This document shows positions 35,598-39,534 of a DNA stretch of 39,534 nucleotides, in pieces. The stretch spans positions 1 through 39,534 of the forward strand of contig JBJLBY010000007.1 in assembly GCA_045567975.1 (NCBI GenBank), written 5' to 3'. The DNA is from Candidatus Poseidoniales archaeon. GTDB taxonomy: Archaea > Thermoplasmatota > Poseidoniia > MGIII > CG-Epi1. The position numbers were made by a program, and so were the translations under genes. Each line of letters begins with the position of its first letter. Positions within the stretch are counted from its first letter, which is position 1. The notes below the pieces were generated by a model. It did not search any database. It was not told the origin of the DNA and was given only the letters and a program-made list of their open reading frames with translations.

Positions 35598-38500
35598 TAT
35601 TCACTTCCCTTGTTCTTTTGGAAAGATTCTTGCAAATTCTGAGAATAATCGGAACCTACATCCCCTTCCATTTGTGAATTAAGCAAGGCCTCAATTTCAG
35701 CAATCTCAGCTTCAAGTTCAGGTGATGAAACACCAGCTGCTTCTAATTCTGCAACAACACTTTGTAATTCATCCAACTGTTGCATAGTACCCATTGCCTG
35801 ATCTGTAACGCCTGTGTAATTGTTGAGCAATTCTTGGGCATTAGCCATATCTCCTGAGAAATATCTTAATCCCTCTAAGCCTTCTAAATCTTGAATGGCT
35901 TGATTCAAGCTTGAATCATCAACTCCAGCATCAATCAAACTTTGTAATCCTTCAACAATTTGACCTACTGACTGTCTAGCTCCATACTCTGCAAATGCAG
36001 CACCTATCAACGCTGCACCAGCAAGTAGCATTCCATAAACAAATGGATCTCCATCGAACGGTAAAGCCATTTCCTCACTACCTAAATCTGGATCTACAGA
36101 CCCGTAAACACAGCTACCATCATCTGTATCTGCTTCTGGATTGAAGTTGGTCGCTGTGGAATCTACGCAACCAAGAATTGGTTCTACAAACTCACAACTG
36201 CCATCATCAATCGTTGCCTCTGGATTGTAATTTACAGCATCCATATTGAGACAACCTGGTATATCATAGACGCAACTTCCATCGTCCGTATCAGCTTCTG
36301 GATTGAAGTTAATAGCCATAGAATCAACACAACCAAATATTGGTTCTATGAATTCACAAGTTCCATCATCTACAGTTGCTTCGGGATTGTAATTAGTAGC
36401 ATCCATATTCATACAACCTAGAATCTCATAGACGCAACTTCCATCGTCTGTATCTGCTTCTGGGTTGAAGTTAATAGCTGAAGAGTCAACACAACCAAAT
36501 ATTGGTTCTACAAACTCACAACTGCCATCGTCAACTGTTGCTTCGGGATTGTAATTGGTAGCATCCATATTCATGCAGCCGTATATCCCTGAATTAACAA
36601 TAATTATAATTTCTTTTGCTGGGTCCCAACTTCCGGTAAGTACAGTGAGCCAGATACCTTGCTGTTGTACGAGCAAATCAATGTAATGTGTTCCAACTGA
36701 TAAATTATTTGTACTGAAATTTGCATTACTACTGAGGAATCCATCTATGTTTGATTCCCAAACAAGTGCTTCAACACCTTGCCAATTTGTCAAATCAGAA
36801 GTAAAATATACTAGCTCTCCAGAATATGAAGGATTAGGTGTTATACTGTAATCTGCCAATTGTATCATATATTGCAAGATTACAACATAAGACATACTAG
36901 AATCTGACCAAACATCATCGCTATCTCTTACCCTGAAAGTTATAGTGTGATTTCCTGTTGATAGACTATTCGTATGGAATATCTCAGACTCACTCAAAAC
37001 ACCATCTAAATTGGAAGTCCATTCATAACCAACAATATCTCCATCAGAATCTGAAGAATTGGAATAGAAATTGACTCGTTGACCATTATAGGCTAAATTA
37101 GAATCTTGCCATCCATAACCTCTAATGGATATATTATGAACTACAGGGGGCTGGTTCTGAATATCTATATCTAATTCAAAGGTTGTGTTAGTAGACCAAT
37201 CTCCATCGTCATCCTGAGCCCTGAATGTAATAGAATGAACTCCTGCAGACAAATCATCAGTACTGAAATTACCACTGCTGCTGAGGAAACCATCTATACT
37301 AGAATCCCAATAATGTCCGGTAATCGAACCATCAGAATCTGAGAAATTAGAATAGAAATATACTCTTTCTCCATATTCTGCTGGATTTGGACTTACATTA
37401 TAATCTGTTAATTCTGGAGCATCATTACCGAGAATTTCCCATATCAAACTGACCGAATCTCCTTCATTACCTGAAGCATCTGTTGCTTTTACCTGGAACT
37501 GATGATATGTGCCTCTTGCTAATCCTGTATAAGTCTTAGGACTTGAACAACTAGACCATGTTCCGTAATTCAATTTACATTTGAATGTAACATCATCTTC
37601 GTCAGCTTCAAAGTAGAAAGTAGCATTTGTGTAGTCACTTGGGTTTGAAGGTCCACTAGTAATGTTTGCTACAGGTGCTGTTGAGTCACTCACAGTGAAA
37701 TTCATTATTCTGGAAGTAGCCGAACCTGAAGGATCTGTTGCAACAACCTTCCAATAATATTTCTTGGATTCTGTAAGGCCTGTGACCAAATGGGTGTAAT
37801 TGGTGATATCATCAGCGATTAGGGCTGCAGAATTGTTGGTAGCAACATCATTGTAGATGAAACTGAGATAAACGTCGAAGGTGAGATTTGCGATATCATC
37901 ACTTCCTGGGAACCAGCCTAGTATGGTATCGTTCAGAGTAAGACTGCCACTACGAGGTGCGTAATTCATTACAAATGGACGTGAAGCTGAATCTTCTTTG
38001 AAAAGGTAAACATCATCCTGCTCATTGTTTCCTCTAAGAGAACCTGCTGCGATTAAAGCTCCATCTTTAGAAATGGAAATTGCTCTCCCAGATTCATTAT
38101 AATTCCACAGAAGATTACCATCCTCCTTAGAAAGTAAGTAGATCTTATCAGAAATAGCTGCAATATAATTCCCATCTGCAGATAGTGAAACTATAGGCCT
38201 ATTTCCTGTATTATAAGACCAAACTGGTGTAGAACTATCTTTGTCAAACAAAAATACATCGTTGCCAAAATCTCCTGCAGTTATGTACTCTCCATCAGCT
38301 GATATTGCTACTGATTTAACGCGATTATCTACTGCATAATTCCAAAGAGGTGTGTTACTTCCCCTATTAAATGCCAAAACTTTGTCATATCCACCTACTA
38401 TGTATTCTCCATCTGCTGAAATATCTACACAATGGTCTCTACAACTTTCAAAGCTACCTCCGGTTTGATAGCTCCAAAGAGGTGTGCTACTATTCTTATT

Positions 38501-39534
38501 GAAAAAATAAATTTTTCCAGGATCCCAAGCACCTGATGCAGCAACTATGAAACTCCCATCTGCTGAAATTGCGACAGATTGAACATCATCCTCTGTATCA
38601 TAACTCCAAAGAGGCGTGCTACTATCTTTGTGGAAAAGATATATTTTATCATTCTGTGAACCTACTACAATGTAGTCACCATCTGCTGAAATTGCAACTG
38701 AATATATTGGAGATGAACCATCTGGCTCAGATTTCCATAAAGGTGTAGAGCTATTTTTATTGAACAATAAAACTGAACCTGAATTATACGGCCCTATTCC
38801 TGCAACAATGTAATTTGCATTTGCAGATATTGAAAGTGAAGTGACTCCAGAATCAGTTTCATAGCTCCATATAGGTGTAGAACTGCTTGTACCATAAAGA
38901 TAGACGCTGTTACCACTTGAGTAATCGCCAACCACAATATATTCTCCGTCTGCAGATATTGCAATTGATTCAATCTGAACTGGAGAACTGTTATTCCACT
39001 CAGGACTTTTCCTAACATCCACCCAGCTTGTCTCATCATCAGACCAGACTCCGTCATTGTCCTTGACTCTGAAAGTTATGGTATGATTTCCAAAGCTTAG
39101 GTCGGTCTTTGAGAAACTGGCGGAATTAGATAAATCACCATCAATAGAAGATATCCACTTGTATTCTGATATTGTTCCATCTTGATCACTTCCACTTCCT
39201 GAAAACGATACTGAAGCATCCAATTCAGCAATCTGCGGTGATATCGAATCAATACTAGCAGTAGGTGGATAAGATGCCAAAACAATAATCTGGCCTTGAT
39301 AATCATCATCATACTGACAGGAATAATTGTAAGTTCCAACATCATCGAAAGTGTAACTCCAACTATTTCCAGGAAGTATACTTCCAGAATCGAATTCATC
39401 ATCATCTTCCTTCACCGTGTGGATTGAACTGTCGTCATTGGTCCAAATCACAGTTGAATCCTTGAGTATCGTCAATGTATTTGGATCATAATCATCATCG
39501 ATAGATACACAGAATATGTTGCCGTAAGATGTAA
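35597..39534 (-). CDS. giant surface protein (5'-partial): cupredoxin-like domain, PKD domains, 8-bladed beta-propeller, FN3/Ig-like domains, six Cys-bounded NYNPEA..DDGSC modules, TM helix, cytoplasmic coiled-coil tail
   Basis: The track ORF starts at a TTG (39475), but the frame stays open to the window edge (…TSYGNIFCVSIDDDYDPNT-LTILKD), so the gene is truncated by the window. The propeller has 8 repeats of about 42 aa, S(V/I)AISADG.YIV.G....IYLF.K.SSTPLWSY (about 37975-38998). PKD-like motif SGSGSDQDGTISEYKW...HTITFRVKDNDG. TM helix FVYGMLLAGAALIGAAFA. Confidence 0.8.
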   Translation of the reverse strand, partial: TSYGNIFCVSIDDDYDPNTLTILKDSTVIWTNDDSSIHTVKEDDDEFDSGSILPGNSWSYTFDDVGTYNYSCQYDDDYQGQIIVLASYPPTASIDSISPQIAELDASVSFSGSGSDQDGTISEYKWISSIDGDLSNSASFSKTDLSFGNHTITFRVKDNDGVWSDDETSWVDVRKSPEWNNSSPVQIESIAISADGEYIVVGDYSSGNSVYLYGTSSSTPIWSYETDSGVTSLSISANANYIVAGIGPYNSGSVLLFNKNSSTPLWKSEPDGSSPIYSVAISADGDYIVVGSQNDKIYLFHKDSSTPLWSYDTEDDVQSVAISADGSFIVAASGAWDPGKIYFFNKNSSTPLWSYQTGGSFESCRDHCVDISADGEYIVGGYDKVLAFNRGSNTPLWNYAVDNRVKSVAISADGEYITAGDFGNDVFLFDKDSSTPVWSYNTGNRPIVSLSADGNYIAAISDKIYLLSKEDGNLLWNYNESGRAISISKDGALIAAGSLRGNNEQDDVYLFKEDSASRPFVMNYAPRSGSLTLNDTILGWFPGSDDIANLTFDVYLSFIYNDVATNNSAALIADDITNYTHLVTGLTESKKYYWKVVATDPSGSATSRIMNFTVSDSTAPVANITSGPSNPSDYTNATFYFEADEDDVTFKCKLNYGTWSSCSSPKTYTGLARGTYHQFQVKATDASGNEGDSVSLIWEILGNDAPELTDYNVSPNPAEYGERVYFYSNFSDSDGSITGHYWDSSIDGFLSSSGNFSTDDLSAGVHSITFRAQDDDGDWSTNTTFELDIDIQNQPPVVHNISIRGYGWQDSNLAYNGQRVNFYSNSSDSDGDIVGYEWTSNLDGVLSESEIFHTNSLSTGNHTITFRVRDSDDVWSDSSMSYVVILQYMIQLADYSITPNPSYSGELVYFTSDLTNWQGVEALVWESNIDGFLSSNANFSTNNLSVGTHYIDLLVQQQGIWLTVLTGSWDPAKEIIIIVNSGIYGCMNMDATNYNPEATVDDGSCEFVEPIFGCVDSSAINFNPEADTDDGSCVYEILGCMNMDATNYNPEATVDDGTCEFIEPIFGCVDSMAINFNPEADTDDGSCVYDIPGCLNMDAVNYNPEATIDDGSCEFVEPILGCVDSTATNFNPEADTDDGSCVYGSVDPDLGSEEMALPFDGDPFVYGMLLAGAALIGAAFAEYGARQSVGQIVEGLQSLIDAGVDDSSLNQAIQDLEGLEGLRYFSGDMANAQELLNNYTGVTDQAMGTMQQLDELQSVVAELEAAGVSSPELEAEIAEIEALLNSQMEGDVGSDYSQNLQESFQKNKGSE
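36095..36580 (-). repeat. three tandem 162-nt coding repeats (36419-36580, 36257-36418, 36095-36256)
   Basis: Each unit encodes GC(M/L)NMDA(T/V)NYNPEAT(V/I)DDG(S/T)CEF(V/I)EPI(F/L)GCVDS.A(I/T)NFNPEADTDDGSCVY... Units are in exact 162-nt register and look roughly 80-90% identical at DNA level by eye. Confidence 0.9.

Noticed and set aside
38794-39405. Minus-strand ORFs 38794..39057 and 39097..39405 in another frame of the giant surface-protein gene
   Set aside because: They are nested out of frame in a continuous domain-rich ORF, and their translations are Met/Leu/Ile-rich nonsense.
18531-39534. Accessory half of the window as an integrated mobile element or genomic island
   Set aside because: No integrase, transposase, tRNA attachment site, flanking direct repeats or phage/plasmid genes were seen. 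Base composition and strand orientation look continuous with the housekeeping half.

Overview
Low-GC (about 35-37% by eye) chromosomal window that looks archaeal. Evidence for this: a DNA polymerase II (PolD) large-subunit gene, an archaeal/type-A-like RNase P RNA, a stand-alone GMP synthase amidotransferase subunit, and TATA-like boxes centred about 26 nt upstream of several start codons (leaderless style). Almost everything is coded on the minus strand; only the RNase P RNA, a 5' edge fragment and one nuclease gene are on plus. The gene content (peptidases, acyl-CoA metabolism, giant acidic surface proteins) suggests a marine planktonic euryarchaeote such as MG-II/III, but that is inference only.

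Positions 1-18.5 kb are mostly housekeeping or metabolic. They hold a P-loop kinase-like gene, the methylmalonyl-CoA mutase large subunit, RNase P RNA, a VanZ-like gene, a Zn-metalloprotease lipoprotein, an M23 peptidase, biotin ligase, PolD DP2, a polytopic membrane protein with two small Zn-ribbon proteins, an acyl-CoA dehydrogenase, two tandem UMF1/Atg22-like MFS transporters (one frame-broken), guaA subunit A, and a transketolase-like gene broken by at least 5 frameshifts.

Positions 18.5-39.5 kb are the interesting part and contain three things:
(i) A six-gene, translationally coupled cluster. In transcription order: a TSP3-repeat Ca-binding protein; a 1980-aa protein (transglutaminase-like core, about 13 Ig-like repeats, TM helix, DUF4129-like tail); a DUF4350-like membrane protein; a MoxR AAA+ ATPase; a DUF58 protein; and a polytopic membrane protein. 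Its first gene is interrupted by a 13-nt poly-G/C tract exactly between the signal peptide and the mature protein.
(ii) An M24 peptidase and a divergently transcribed TPD-motif PD-(D/E)XK nuclease (CDIN1/C15orf41-like).
(iii) A surface protein of more than 1300 aa (cupredoxin-like, PKD, 8-blade propeller, FN3/Ig, and three tandem 162-nt Cys-motif repeats) with a TM helix and cytoplasmic coiled-coil tail, coupled by a TAATG overlap to a STAND/NB-ARC-like P-loop NTPase.

No CRISPR array, tRNA, rRNA, transposase or integrase was seen. All family assignments come from motif recognition by eye and need HMM confirmation.
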